Source: Podarcis filfolensis (Eukaryota). Taken from it: a stretch of DNA of 64,000 nt. The position numbers were made by a program, and so were the translations under genes. Position 1 is the first letter of the stretch. The number at the start of each line of letters is the position of its first letter. Positions 35,676 to 48,614 of this stretch are shown here, piece by piece. The notes beneath the pieces were generated by a model. The model ran no database searches, had not been told where the DNA came from, and saw only the letters and a program-made list of their open reading frames with translations. Location: NCBI GenBank assembly GCA_964270895.1, contig OZ185439.1. One strand, given 5' to 3'.

Positions 35676-38600
35676 TCCTTAGTGCTCAACTGGGCAGGTC
35701 ATAAATTTAATTCATACTCACAATTCCCATGTTCTTAGGTTCACTTGAGTAGTGAAATAAGATGGATTACTTAGCTCTGGGGCAGTGGCTGTGGAAATCA
35801 TACTGCACCCCCTTCTATGGGAAGAGTATGTTTCAATTAGAATCTCCAGGGACCTTTTGGAAGGCTTTCAACTCCATCTACATTTTAACAGTGGATTAGT
35901 GATATATCAATTAATATATGTACCAATAATCCAATTAAAACTATTCTCTGAATAAACTATCTGGCTCCACTCCAAATCTGCAGACTATTTAAACTAGCTA
36001 ATGGAAACATTATGAGCCAGGCTGCATATTCTGTTTTCTAATTAAGGTAGTATTTGGCCGACACAGAACCAATTTACATGTAAAAAACCAAACAATTAAA
36101 AAAGGTCATATAACAAAAAAGTTATGCATTTGTGTTTGAAGATTAGACTACTCGGCATATAACAAATAAACAGAATGTGCAAACAAGATTGAACTTTACC
36201 GCACATGCACCCAGCTTGACACATGGTGGATCTGGAGCTAATCTGGCCTCTATTTGCATTTTATAATTGCCTACCATAAATTTTTAAAGGCATAATAAAA
36301 TCCCTATTAAAATTTGAAAACAAGATTGCAAACATGACTCTGTATGGAAAACATCCACACCTCTTTCCATTGAAGTTGCTGCTTAAAAATGACAAGAGCA
36401 ACATCTTGGCCACATTTTGCATTGATCTGCTTGTCCTGCTGCCATTGGCCAGCTTGCACACACAAGGGCTCCGTTCACACAACCTAGATACTCAAAGGAG
36501 CTGTATAATGTCACACACACTCATGATTTGGGAGGCCCGGAGAGCTCGTGTCCTTGAGGTAGGAAGGAGTCTTATGGCATGCTTTTAGGACTTCTCTGGA
36601 GCTACCTCGGCTTTCTTCCTCACATTTTCTTATATCTACCATGGTCATATGTAATGAATTCATAATGCCATGGACCTTGTGCCACAAAGTTCACTTGTGG
36701 GCATTTGGTACTGCTATAAATGTCAAGAAGTGATGGTGCAGAGAGATTCAGCTCCTTGAACAATGCCATCTAACACAAAAACACAAACAGCCCCAGAAGC
36801 AAGATGAATGCTGGTCTATATTGGCAAACAGGGAGAGGGATGCAAGTGCTGCTGAATCAGGCCCAAGGCCCATTTAACCAAACATCCTGTTCTTTCATTG
36901 GGCAACCAGATGCCTATGGGAAGCCTGCAATAGAAGACCCCTTTCACTAAAGGCAGAATGACACCTTACAAAGAACATTGGCAATACTTGTTAGGCTAGG
37001 CTACATAATTCTGCCCAGCATGTGGCAGCGAAGGTGGCAAAGAAGAAGTAATTTGCAGCTTCCATTGTATCCTCAAGGAACTGTGCAACTGAATTGATTC
37101 AGGTGGTCTGGAGACTGACCATCTCACAAATGTCTTCAGCTCCACAGTGCCTTGGGTGCCACAGTTGTTGCACCCCTTATCAAAAGTGTCCAAAACAGCA
37201 TCTCTTTGTATTCCAACAGGCATGGGAACCTTTGGCCTGTGGCCTGCTGGTCCTTCTCATTGGCGTGACAAGCGATTATGACCAAGCCATGCCTGATGTC
37301 ATACAGGGCAGGTGAAAGGTAACTGGGCTGAGCTGGCCCTAAAGGGGCTTCTGAAGCTCCACATAACAGCAGATCAGTGGGGCTCCAAAGTGTACTGTGT
37401 CTTTGCAAGGGAAGCTGTCCTTTGCAAGCCATGACAATCAGCTGATTGTCAAAATACTGTGTCACCTGATGTCAAATTTGGCACACAGGGAGTATGTGGG
37501 ATAAGGATCTGGCCCACCAACCTGATAAGTGATACGGATCAGGATCGGGCTTGCCAGCTGCCTGTTCTGCTTTGGGCTGGGGGTAAAGGAGATCCTCAGG
37601 ATCTTCAGATGGCTGAGTCAAATGTGTAATTTGTCCCTTAAGTTGAATTAGGTGTTCTGATGTGTGGGAGATGATCTTTTCACTGTGCTGCTGTTTTCAA
37701 CAACAGCTCCATGTTCCTTGTACCACGTAATTCAACCACAATGTACCATGTAATTCAACCGCAAGCACACACACATTTCGGTTTCTCATTCCATCAAGAA
37801 GAAGGAGAAAGAGTGATTGCAAACAGGCTTTCCTGTTAAAACTATGTACCTGCATCATCGAGTGGTAGCCCTTTTCTCTGCACTCATCCTTGGACAACTC
37901 TACTGGTGCAAGTCCCATGAATGTCAAACCAAACCTTTTGAGGATAAATCTCTTCAGCCCCTGCTTGTTTTTAATGAGTAAAATCGGAAAGCACAGAACA
38001 AAGCAACTTCAATCAAAATTAGTTTTGATTGCTTTATATATTGTTCATGACCTCCAGGTGTCAGGAACTAATGTTCCATAACCTGAAGTTTCGGAGTAAT
38101 AAACTAATTAAGGTTTCTGCTCAAGGTATCCCACTCGGCTTAAAAGTAATCTCTAAAATACTCACCGTTTAATTCCACTTGCAGAAATGGCTGCAATGAA
38201 AGCAAGCATTCAGGAAAAGCTGCTGAGAAAGAGCTTTATAAAGCTGCAAGAACTTGCATCAGAAAGCTCAGAGATCAGATCCCTTGTAGCACATAGTCAA
38301 ATAGCTTCTCTTCCGGTAAGTTGGCAGTTCGTCATGTGCTTTCTTTGAATAATCAGCATCATTACCTGAATAGGCCTTCAGAGCGAGCCGAGGTGATCAG
38401 TGGCTGCATTAAACTGTCAGCAGCACAGACTGACAGATCTGTGGGCTGCAAACACAGCTGCATGCAACAACAACAAAAAAGGATGAGGCTTTTATTCCCT
38501 AAAAAGCAATGTGGGGCTTGTTTCACAAACAGAACCTTTGCAATGTCTAAAACACTGTTTCCCCTCCCACCTTTTTGTTAGAATAAATGTGCAGCCCATT

Positions 38601-38884
38601 TGGGGTAAGAAATTGTTTCCTGAGATCTTGGCTTGACAGGCCTTCACATTGTACCTTGTGTCAGATATTACTATTATGCAGACGGTGAAAACTTCTTATT
38701 GATCCAAATGCTCTGTAGAAACTTCATTTGAAAAGCCTGTCTGACATTTTGATTTGATTCACCTGGCAATGCCAGGAATGTAAATGGGAGAGGGGGAAAC
38801 CTAATTATAGTGGTTCTTCCTGACAAGCTCTTGAGGAAAAGCCGCCCTGTTAATGTAGTTTGGAGAAGATTATATACGCCTTCT

Positions 38885-39292
38885 AGGTTTGGGGGAGCAA
38901 TGCAATTTGCTTTGCACCTCAGCGCCAACTTACCAGATGTGCACTTTCTGAAACAATATGCAAACTGAAACACTGCCACATCCTTTGGCATTCACACCTC
39001 TTTGAATTTTGCAGTGCCGTTCTCCATCCCAGTAATGTGCACAAAAGCCTATATGCTAGGAAAAGTGTGCATCTTGATGCATATATTAGAGAAAACAGTG
39101 TACAAAAGTTAGGGGAAATTGCTTTGCAAAAAGGTGAATATTAGTCACAACTGCATACTGTATATATTAGGAGAAATTGGCACTAAAATGCTGATCATCT
39201 TTCATTATAACTGTTTTGCTTTTCTTTTAAATCATAAACTTAAGTTGGAGAACTGAACTGAAGAATAGGAAATTACATATCTGCCCATCCCT
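38885..39292 (+). mobile_element. Old DNA transposon-like repeat ending in ccatcccta
   Basis: gcactttctgaaacaata...gaattttgcagtgc.gttctcc...attaggagaaatt.gcactaaaatgctga...ctgcccatcccta; reverse-strand relatives at about 55800-56270 (split by the mariner MITE) and 61870-62030. Confidence 0.55.
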
Positions 39293-39978
39293 AGCCCCTT
39301 CCGAAACCAGGGCCAACTTTAGGCTTTGTGGCAATTTCTTTAGGAAGCATACATGGAATGCTGGTGAAGCTCCTTCTTCAACCACTACCGCTGTCACAAG
39401 TCTCAGTAAATTAGGAGCCCATGAAAATTTGTTCAGTTGTGACTCATAAATGACATGTCAAATCTATAGCCCAAGGAGGAGTTTTCAAGCCATCTCTTGA
39501 TCCAGCCAGTCTTGTTCTCAACAAAAGACACAGACACAGACACAAACTGCAGTCAGTTCCAGATGTGGTGTGTATGTGTTTAGAAACAGGTACATATTGT
39601 AAAGCAACATTTTCAACCTTGCCTGCAACTGAAATAAAATCTAGATGTCTTGTGCTCAAAATATAATAGCTGGAAAATAATATCCTGGAAAAGAGCACAT
39701 GGAAAGCCCTTCAAAACAGCATTAAAATGTTTCATCAGAAAGAACACATTTCTGAAATCCAATGCAAGTCATTTAACTACAGTATGTGAAAAAAATGACT
39801 TAGTGCCTCCAGGGCCTCATCATACATTACCATAGTGGTGCAGGATCTGCTTTCTGTGGTTTCCAGCCAAACTGCTTGCAGTTTTGTTTTGAAGCCTGGA
39901 ACCATGTTGGTATGCCCAATCATACAGGCCTATTTTTCCCCTTGGCAATTATTGGATTGGGAGTAACTATGCAGCTGA

Positions 39979-39983
39979 GCACG

Positions 39984-40026
<43 letters not shown>
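39979..40026. repeat. (GC)n(AC)n compound microsatellite
   Basis: gcacgcgcgcgcgc followed by (ac)n. Confidence 0.98.
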
Positions 40027-40028
<2 letters not shown>

Positions 40029-41191
40029 TAGTGTTCCAGTATAATGCCTTCATATTCATTATTGTGCACACAAAATTCATTCATGTGCATTCATGTACAC
40101 CGCAATCAGGATCCAAATCACATTAGTTCCAAATTATACAGCCAGATTTTTAAAATTTTATTGGGGGTACCCATACTTCGAGCTCCGAAAGGGATCCAAA
40201 CATCACTCTTGTTGCTGCTTTAATTACACAGTTCTGTCCAGTTCTGTCCAGATAGTCTCTTTGTTATTTTCCTCATCTTCTTGTTGTTATCATATATTCC
40301 TTTCTTTGTGATCTCTGATAATCTTCACAAGCGGGTTGAAAACAAACATATCCTGTGTGGGTTTTACACTCTCCAAGAGCCATATCACATAAAGGACAGA
40401 TGCCATTTCCACACCTCCACAAAAAACATTCCCACAGTCTGTCCGTTGATTTTCACAGGCCTGCGAAACTGTATCTCAGGGGGCCCTGCCAGGTCAAATC
40501 CACATTCCGATAACCATACATTCACATTCTGATGACCATGGTCCTCCTCCCCCTCGTCCTCCTGTGAGCAGACCTGTCTTAACAAATCTCCATTTGAAAC
40601 TGTGTCACAAAGCTTTCTTTCCATCAGATGTTCCCACTAGTCCTCTCTTTGATCAGCAATTTATTTCCACACAGTTCTTAATCTCCTGCTTGTGATTAGT
40701 AATTTGCAACGATTCATTCTCTCTGGGAGGGAGGATTATTGGGTACTCACATAAGACAAAAAAAAGAAAAGTTTTTCCTCCCCCCCTTTCTGTTTTGCTC
40801 CGACATACTGATCTTTTAATGATGAGTCTTCACTTGATTTATTGTCCAGCCCGTCGCTCCGCTCACAGAGATCCCATTAATCAGCAGTCTTTACTCCCGA
40901 TCTTCACTTGAAGTATGTGCATTTGCTTCTGTTTCCAATTATATATTTCGAGCTGATGCAAGCCAGTGCGCGATCAGAGACAGTGTCCGGGAGAGCCAGA
41001 CCCACCCGAGGGCTTCGTGCCTAGTGCCCTCACCCCGTTCTTTCGAATCTGGGGGTGAATTATGGGCACAGCAGGCAAGGCAGTCCCCCCCATTCCCTTG
41101 GGGGGGGGCAAGGGAGGCTGCATACTCCCATAACAGCTTCTTAATTACCTCGTGTGGGTCAGAGAGATGTTATTGTCGGCCATCTTCCAAT

Positions 41192-41207
41192 GCGCCCCCT
41201 GGTGGCC
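41192..41207 (-). promoter_or_regulatory. CTCF consensus motif
   Basis: Reverse complement GGCCACCAGGGGGCGC matches the canonical CTCF core. Binding is not demonstrated. Confidence 0.6.
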
Positions 41208-41208
41208 C

Positions 41209-41382
41209 CCCGAGGTACCACTTTAACTAATGGGGCCTCCTGCTGCCACCGTGCCGCCACCACGCAATTTCTGTTCTCATCCTGAAGCAAAGTTCTTAAC
41301 CTGAAGCACTATTTCTGGGTTAGTGGAGTCTGTAACCTGAAGCGTCTGTAACCTGAAGCGTCTGTAGCCTGCGGTACCACGG
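41209..41382 (-). mobile_element. Truncated copy of the same mariner MITE
   Basis: ctaatggggcctcc...ctgttctcatcctgaagcaaagttcttaacc...tgtaacctgaagcgtctgta..gcggtaccacgg|TA. Confidence 0.85.
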
Positions 41383-42599
41383 TATCTCTATCAACCTTTA
41401 GTTGGGGCTTGAGAAGTGTGGAGATTCAAAGTCTGCAGTGAATGTTTTTGAAATGTGCTGCTAATATAAAGCATGTGTTTGGGGCAGCAATACCCAATGG
41501 TGAACAATGGCAACACTGAGGGGCAAAAATGTCAGCTCTGGCTGAAGCCAAGTGCTGCTGTGTGAACTGCTTGGTAACACATTACTGCCAGTTTGCTTAA
41601 TGGTGTTTGTTGGTGCTTCCTTCAACATTGCATATACTGCTGGGGGGGGCACAAAAGAAGCCATCTCTTGTTCTGCTTATATTATCAGCCTCATCTTATG
41701 TGCTTCAGGGCACTCAAAGCACACTCAAATCCCTCACGAAAACATTACAATCTAGCCATTTTTTGGCAAATAGCCCAAACTGCTCTATAAGTTGCAGTTC
41801 AGTTTCTTTTCGCATAGTTGGACTACAAGCAAAGTGGAAGAAGCAGAAGTCTTTTCTAAATCTTGAAAAACATGAAAGAAAGAAAAAGGGAGAGAGAGAA
41901 GAGGGATTGGGTTGGATCTAGAATACATTAGTTACACTTAGATCCCATTGAAATCAAGAGGACATATTTCATGACAAATTATTCAAACTGATTGCAGTGT
42001 GACATAAGTGTAACTAATTTGGTCTGGATCCATTCCATTATTCTTGTTTTGAAGCTAGCAGCTTTTTATCCTCTGTGTTATAATGTATTTTTTAACAAAA
42101 AGACTGATGTCAAAGATACTTGAATTAGAGCTTCATGACCAGAAGAGAATGATATTTATGACAGAATGCTGGCCCTTCATTGTACCCATTTTAATGAGTA
42201 ATGAAATTACAGTCGTTACCCTGAAGAGCCTGCATTTGACAAATCCAGATTAGAGGAATAGAGCAACTCACTCTACTTAAGGAACACCTAGATATCTTGA
42301 TGCTGCAGGGAATCTATGAAAAATATTTTAAAAAAATCTAATTGGTTCTCTGACTGGGATTTTCTTTGGTGTGAGAAGATGTTGGGTTTCTTTCCACAAA
42401 TCTCCCTTTTGTGAAATCAGCAGTAGCTGGCTTCTCTCCCTTTGTCATCACAATAGGCTTCCTTTCATTGTAGGCTGACTTCCTGCAGCAGAGAGTCTGT
42501 TCCCTATGAGATTTGGAAGAGCAGGGGTCTTAATCATGCATGGAGAGAATCATGCATTGTAAGAGAAGAAGAGTGCTCTCTGTTGCAGAACTGCAGCTT

Positions 42600-42880
42600 C
42601 CAACTTGTGGAGAGCTGTAGCAGTAGTGAAAGAGGGAGCACAACCCTGTTCCTCATACTTGATGTCTCGGTGGCCTTTGATACCATTGACCATGGTATCC
42701 CTCTGGATTGACTGCGGGATGAGTATCAGAGTCACTGTATTATAGTGGTTCCATTCCTACCTGTGTGGTTGAATCCAGTGTTGGGGGAGTGCTCTTCAAT
42801 CCATGGGACTTGTGTAATGGGGCACTATTTTGTCCGTGGTGATATTTAACATCTGTATGAATATGTTGGGAATGTTTTTG
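42600..42880 (+). mobile_element. Decayed L2 reverse transcriptase fragment
   Basis: ctgttcctcatacttgatgtctcggtggcctttgataccattgaccatggtatccct translates LFLILDVSVAFDTIDHGIP, resembling the L2 RT motif LDLSAAFDTIDH. Boundaries approximate. Confidence 0.75.
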
Positions 42881-43099
42881 GATGGTGCATTAGGTAAAGG
42901 GGGTCTGTTGAAGCCAAACTGTGTAGTATTACTTTGAAGAAGCTGTAGCCCATTACCAGCTGGTAGAAAAATCCTCTGATTGTAGATGCTGTTGTGAATG
43001 AAAAGGACCACAGAGCCTTGGGATGCTTTTCAAGGGGTCTCAGAATTGAAAGGTAGATTTTCTTTGAATGCCCTTGCATTTGCTTTTCAGTCAAGCAAT

Positions 43100-43453
43100 G
43101 GTAAAGGTAAAGGGACTCCTGACTGTTAGGTCCAGTCGCGAACGATTCTGGGGTTGCAGCGCTCATCTTGCTTTATTGGCTAAGGGAGCCAGCATACAGC
43201 TTCCGGGTCATGTGGCCAGCATGACTAAGCCGCTTCTGGCGAACCAGAGCAGCGCATGGAAACACTGTTTACCTTCCTGCCAGAGCGGTACCTATTTATC
43301 TATTTGCACTTTGATGTGCTTTCGAACTGCTAGGTTTGCAGGAGCAGGCTCCGAGCAATGGGAGCTCACCCCGTCGCGGGGATTCAAACTGCCAACCTTC
43401 CGATCAGCAAGCCCTAGGCTCTGTGGTTTAGACCACAGTGCCACCCGCATCCC
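43100..43453 (-). mobile_element. Sauria SINE, full length
   Basis: Reverse complement of the 11063 copy, from ggtaaaggtaaaggg (tail) to gccacccgcatccc (head). Confidence 0.9.
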
Positions 43454-44761
43454 CACAAATATGAATGGTACCAAATCTTTAAAATGTGCTTTAAATTGAG
43501 ATGAAATTTGGGAGTTTTGCTGAATTCAAAGGATTAAAATGAAACATGTGAAAAGGGACAATTTAGAGGACCAAAGATGTGTTCCCACCTTTGCGACCCC
43601 ATTCTCTTGCAGTGAAAATGGGGAGGCTCTTCCTGATGGCTTCAGGGGTGGGTTGATGAAAATCAATTTCATGATCAGAGGAGAATTTGCTTTTCATGCA
43701 GACAATAGCTTTTCCTGTCACAATTGCTCCTAGGATTGGCACTCAAGCATAATGAAGTGTCGTTCTCAGTGGCATACTGTCTCCAAGGCTTGAAACTGTG
43801 GCAACCTCCCCACACTGCCCCACATAAAATAATGAAAAATAAATGAAATAAAACCCCCAGCCACCAAATATTATGGCAAGACAAACCTCTGCCACTCCCT
43901 CACCCCAAAGATTTTTTTTTCTATCTTTGGGGGCCAGTTTGGCTCCACCCCCCTTCAGTAGCATGGCCAAATGATAAGGCATAACTCCATTATAAATAAA
44001 TATGATTTAATCTTGTGGTATGTTTTATTCCTTGAAATTTCAAACTGTTTTAAAATTCATAGGATAATTCTCAGTAGTCTACATGTAAAAGAATCTGCTT
44101 GGTAAAGTAGCAAGATTTCAAATATGAACAAATGTCAGGATAGTTTTCACTTGAAGAGAAAGACTTTGCTATGGAGATGATGACAATGATTCTGCCTTCT
44201 CTGAGCATTATCTCCCTATAATAGCCACAAATGCAGATCTATGACCTTTGCCATGCTGGCCTTCTGTATCTTTCTTGTGTCCAGTCTGAAGCTGCTCAGT
44301 AATATCACACGTGGTCCTGTTCTTCCATTCTTTTCCTGAAGGACAGACTAGTATTCACATAAGGCCAGGAAACGTCTTACAGCAAGCAATTTGTGAACAC
44401 ATTCTCAAACAGAGCAGATTATCTGAGCCTCTGTAGAATCATTTGGAACAATTATATACTATATATGAATATTGCAATGGGGTGACTGAGGAACATCACC
44501 CCGTAGCTTTTTTCCAATGCTCATCTAAATCCATCTTTTGTTTCACTGTCTCCAGGGTTGACACAACCATCTGTTGAGGCGTTTAATGATTTTTGGAGAA
44601 CTGCAAAGGGGAAAGAAAGAAAACCAAATCTGTACCAAGTAGCACAGGGCCAATTAAAAAACAAAGCAAATAAATAGAGGTGAGAATATTTCTGTATTTT
44701 CCAAAAAATAAAATCAGAATTTATTTTTATTCCACATTTCCACTTCCCCCCTAAGTAAATC

Positions 44762-45110
44762 TAGTAGTAGTAGTAGTAGTAATTTTATTTATACCCCGCC
44801 CATCTGGCTGGGTTTCCCCAGCCACTCTGGGCAGCTCCCAACAGAATATTAAAAACATCAAACATTAAAAACTTCCCTAAACAGGATTGCCTTCAGATGA
44901 CAAATAGTTATCTATTTCTTTGACATCTGATGGGAGGACATTCCACAGGGCGGGTGCCACTACCGAGATGACCCTCTCCCTGGTTTCCTGTAGCTTCACT
45001 TCCTGCAGGGAGGGAACTGCCAGAAGGCTCTCGGCGCTGGACCTCAGTGTCTGGGCAGAGGGTGGAGACGCTCCTTCAGGTATACAGGACCGAGGCTGAT
45101 TAGGGCTTTT
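44762..45110 (-). mobile_element. L2 LINE 3' fragment
   Basis: Same 3' sequence; (AGT)n tail at 44762-44781. Confidence 0.8.
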
Positions 45111-46214
45111 AAGTGTTTTGAATGCCTTGCTTCAGATTATAATATCTGGAAACAGGATCTACATTTCTTTGTTCATCTGAGGTGGCTTTCCATGAAGCCA
45201 ATGCCGTTTAGTATCTGAAGATCCTACATGACCTGTAACTATATTGCTGAATGCATGCCAGCATTCTTTATTTTAAAACAATAAACTGCAGATTGTGAAG
45301 CAAATTCATGATTATTATTATTTTTTAAAGTTTTTCAATTAAGTTAACTTGCACCAATTGCCCCGGCTTCCCACTCATTGCAAGGGGGGCTTTGTAGCTC
45401 ATTGGCAGAACTCACACTTCACGTATAACAGGGTCCTGGGAGCAACATGCAAATGGCATATACATTTAAAGACTTTCAAGTACCAGGCAGAGATTCCATA
45501 CCTACCAAGTGTCATGGGGGGAAAATGGAACATCTCATTTTTTAGTGTGAGATTGCAACGGCCATTTAGGGTACCACGATCTCACATGCTCCATGGCGAG
45601 TCACGTGATCCATGCTGCCATCTTGCCCTGAAAAAAGCATGAAATCATGGTGCAAGTCATGTGACTCCCCCTGGAGCACATCCTGGTTTTTGATCTGAAA
45701 AGTATGGGATTCTGGGACAGAGGACAATACTGGGCTCAATGAACCAACAGTCTGAGGAGATCTAGTTCTTCATTCAACAGTCCTGGTTATCATAAGTCAG
45801 ACCCACTCTCCTGATCTATTGTCAAATGCTGGGTAAAAGACAGTGATGTTTAGATCTAATTGTATAGGCAAGCTGGCCCCGTTCACTAAGGCAGCCTAAT
45901 GGAAAGTTAATTGTAGAGCAGTGGAAAGGCATATAATGTGAATGAGCTAGAAACAGTGGCAGATATATAGGTGTCAGGCGGCTATGCTGGGGCTGCAGAG
46001 TTAGGCATTTGGGGACATGTCTCATGCAAATATGAATCAACCAGGGAGTGGTGACCGAAAAAAAGATTGAAGGCATTGAAATTTCTAAGAGTGACTTATT
46101 GTCTTGGGAAATTGTTGAAAAAGCAATGCTTTTGTAGTCCTCCCCCCACCCCCACCCTGTATATATTTCTTCAAGTAACTATGCAAGGCAATATAAGAGG
46201 CAACCAATGAAACC

Positions 46215-46220
46215 TTTATT
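46215..46220 (-). terminator. Candidate GRID1 polyadenylation signal AATAAA
   Basis: Minus strand ...ttgtacttttggatAAATAAAggtttcattggttgcctcttatattgccttgc: AATAAA followed by U/GU-rich sequence. Confidence 0.35.
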
Positions 46221-47377
46221 TATCCAAAAGTACAACTCAAGACTCTTATGCTGACTAATTATTTTAAGGGATCTAATAGGCATATCTGCTTTGGATCAGT
46301 CACATGTTTTTTTCTCCCACACCCTCCATTAACACAGATAGTGATTTTGTTGCACCATACCAAGTTCGCCTGCATTTTCCACCTAGTGGTGCTCTGCTAG
46401 GAACCAGATCTGGCTGTTTATGAAAAGAACAAATTGAGTGAGAACAATTTCTGTGTTATTCAAATCCTCAGATCTGATGCTTGCCGAGCTGCAAATGGAA
46501 AGAGGGCAAAATAACACGAGCCAACCAACTCAATGTGTACATTTGAGATGAAAAGGATGGTAGGGGTTTTTAAAATCCATATTCAATTTTGCTGATAATT
46601 TTCCCACCAAAAGTAATCATAACTTCTGCAACTGCTAATACATAGGCTAAAGGCATAACAACTTTAGTGGGTCATTAGAAACCATAGGTGGGATCCAAAG
46701 AGACATGATTGAAGCTTTTGCCCATATTCTGGGGCTTTGGGGCATTCTGATTCCATTCTGGAGCACCTTGAGTCCACCCAAACAGCCACCCTTGAAAGTC
46801 AGGGGCTTTTCCAGAGCAACCTCTGATTCAGGACAAGGAGCTAAAGTTGGACACTAGTGCATGTACCGAAGTTCTTGGTTGCATGCATTGGGTTCTTGGG
46901 AGACCAGACCAGCAGAATTAGAAACAGATAATCTGGTGCAAATCTTTACAATGCAAGAGCCAATTACCTTGGCCCAGTAAGTCTACTGTTCCAGACTACA
47001 GATGTGTGTAGTGGAACATGTTTGAATGTTCACCCCAAGGGGGCAAAGCGGTCTGCACAGAAAATTAGTACATCAAGAGAGAGGCTAGATCAGGTCTCTT
47101 GTCCCTGGTTTTCTATTTGAAATGGTTTCTTTCTTCTTCTCCTTTTCAAGCTGCAGGAGCATTCAGTCATACAAATGCCCTATCTGTAGTCTGTCTAGGA
47201 AGAGCTATTACATGATTCTCCATTTGTGTACTGAAGTGGAAATAATGGAAATGTGCAGTACAACCGAAGGGGTTCAGGAAGCCTTCTCATCCTGTTGCTC
47301 CATGCGCAAACCAGAGAGCTCTGGATTAATGGCAAGGTTATAATATTCAATGAAACAGCACATGGTAGAATTGAAGG

Positions 47378-47772
47378 TAGGGTTGCCATACATCCGGGAA
47401 AACCTGGACATGTGCTCTTTTGGGGGACCAACATGCCTATCCAGGCAGATTTTAAAGGAAATGTCCGGGTTTTGGAGGGTTTTTTGGGCTCGGACTTGGG
47501 CTCAGGCTCAGGTAGGTTGGGCTAGGGCAGGCACTCCCAAACTCGGCCCTCCAGATGTTTTGGAACTACAACTCCCATCATCCCTGACCACTGGTCCTCT
47601 TAGCTAGGGATGATGGGAGCTGTAGTCCCAAAACATCTGGAGGGCCGAGTTTGTGGATGCCTGGGCTAGGGCTTGCTAGCCCCAGCCAGGGAAACAGGCA
47701 TGGTGGAGACCCCTTGTGCCTCTTTTCCTTACTCAGGCTGTCCTATTTTTTGTTCAAGACACGGCAACCCTA
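47378..47772 (+). mobile_element. Non-autonomous hAT element with TAGGGTTGCC TIRs (Blackjack-like)
   Basis: TAGGGTTGCC...GGCAACCCTA; perfect 8-bp TSD ATTGAAGG (47370-47377 and 47773-47780). Confidence 0.88.
47528..47663. mobile_element. Palindromic hAT MITE (same family), nested
   Basis: Perfect 8-bp TSD GGCTAGGG (47520-47527 and 47664-47671); lies inside the 47378-47772 element. Confidence 0.9.
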
Positions 47773-48560
47773 ATTGAAGGCGATGACCCAAAACAACTGC
47801 CTGAGTTTGTGAGATGGGGCAGAGAAACATACAGCATGATGGCATTACAACGAAAGCAAGCCTACCTGAATGTTAGAGGAAGAAAGGGATAACCTGACGC
47901 AGGACTGCCTAGCTGAATGCCATGCCTAGTCTAAACCACAGAGGAAAATGGAAAACAAAACAGAAGCTGCAATTTCTAATTACCAGATTAGCCATGTCAT
48001 TCAGAACTAGGCCGTTAACAGAGAATGTTGTTCCTATTAGACAGTAGTCCCCCAAAACGTAACAGAAACAAAAACACCACCAGATCCTAATTGGCCACCG
48101 AAGCATGGTCACATCCTCCCTGTCAGATAAACCAACAGATAAGGCTCTATCAAGTCATAGCTCCACCCTATGTGCAACAGAGGAACATGCATACAAAAGA
48201 GCCAAACTGCTAAGCAATGGCTGGCAATGAATCTGCAAAACTGTAGAACACATATGCATATGGCAATCTGACCCAACAGACTTTCGCGGACATCTACCTG
48301 CATTGGGAAACCTGCACACAAACAGGTGGTTGTGGTTGCCATTCTACTCCATCTCCAGTGCAGCTGCAGGGGCTGTAGAGATAGGGCCTAAATTCCAAAG
48401 CTGGGGATGTTTCCCATCAAGAGGCACATTAGGGTTCTGGATTTTGTTCCCTCTGCCAAATTCCTATAGGTGCAAATGCTGCTCTTCAAACTGGATCCAC
48501 ATACTATCCTACCTACTATCCTACCTTTGTTCAAAGGCAAAGTTGGATAGGGCCTTGCCT

Positions 48561-48563
<3 letters not shown>

Positions 48564-48610
<47 letters not shown>
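48564..48610. repeat. (AT)n microsatellite
   Basis: Seen directly. Confidence 0.98.

Positions 48611-48614
<4 letters not shown>

Noticed and set aside
36990-37480. Decayed coding-like sequence (minus frame EDICEMVSLQTT*INSVAQFLEDTMEAANYFFFATF)
   Set aside because: No motif or family could be assigned and it contains stops; it would need BLASTX or HMM evidence.
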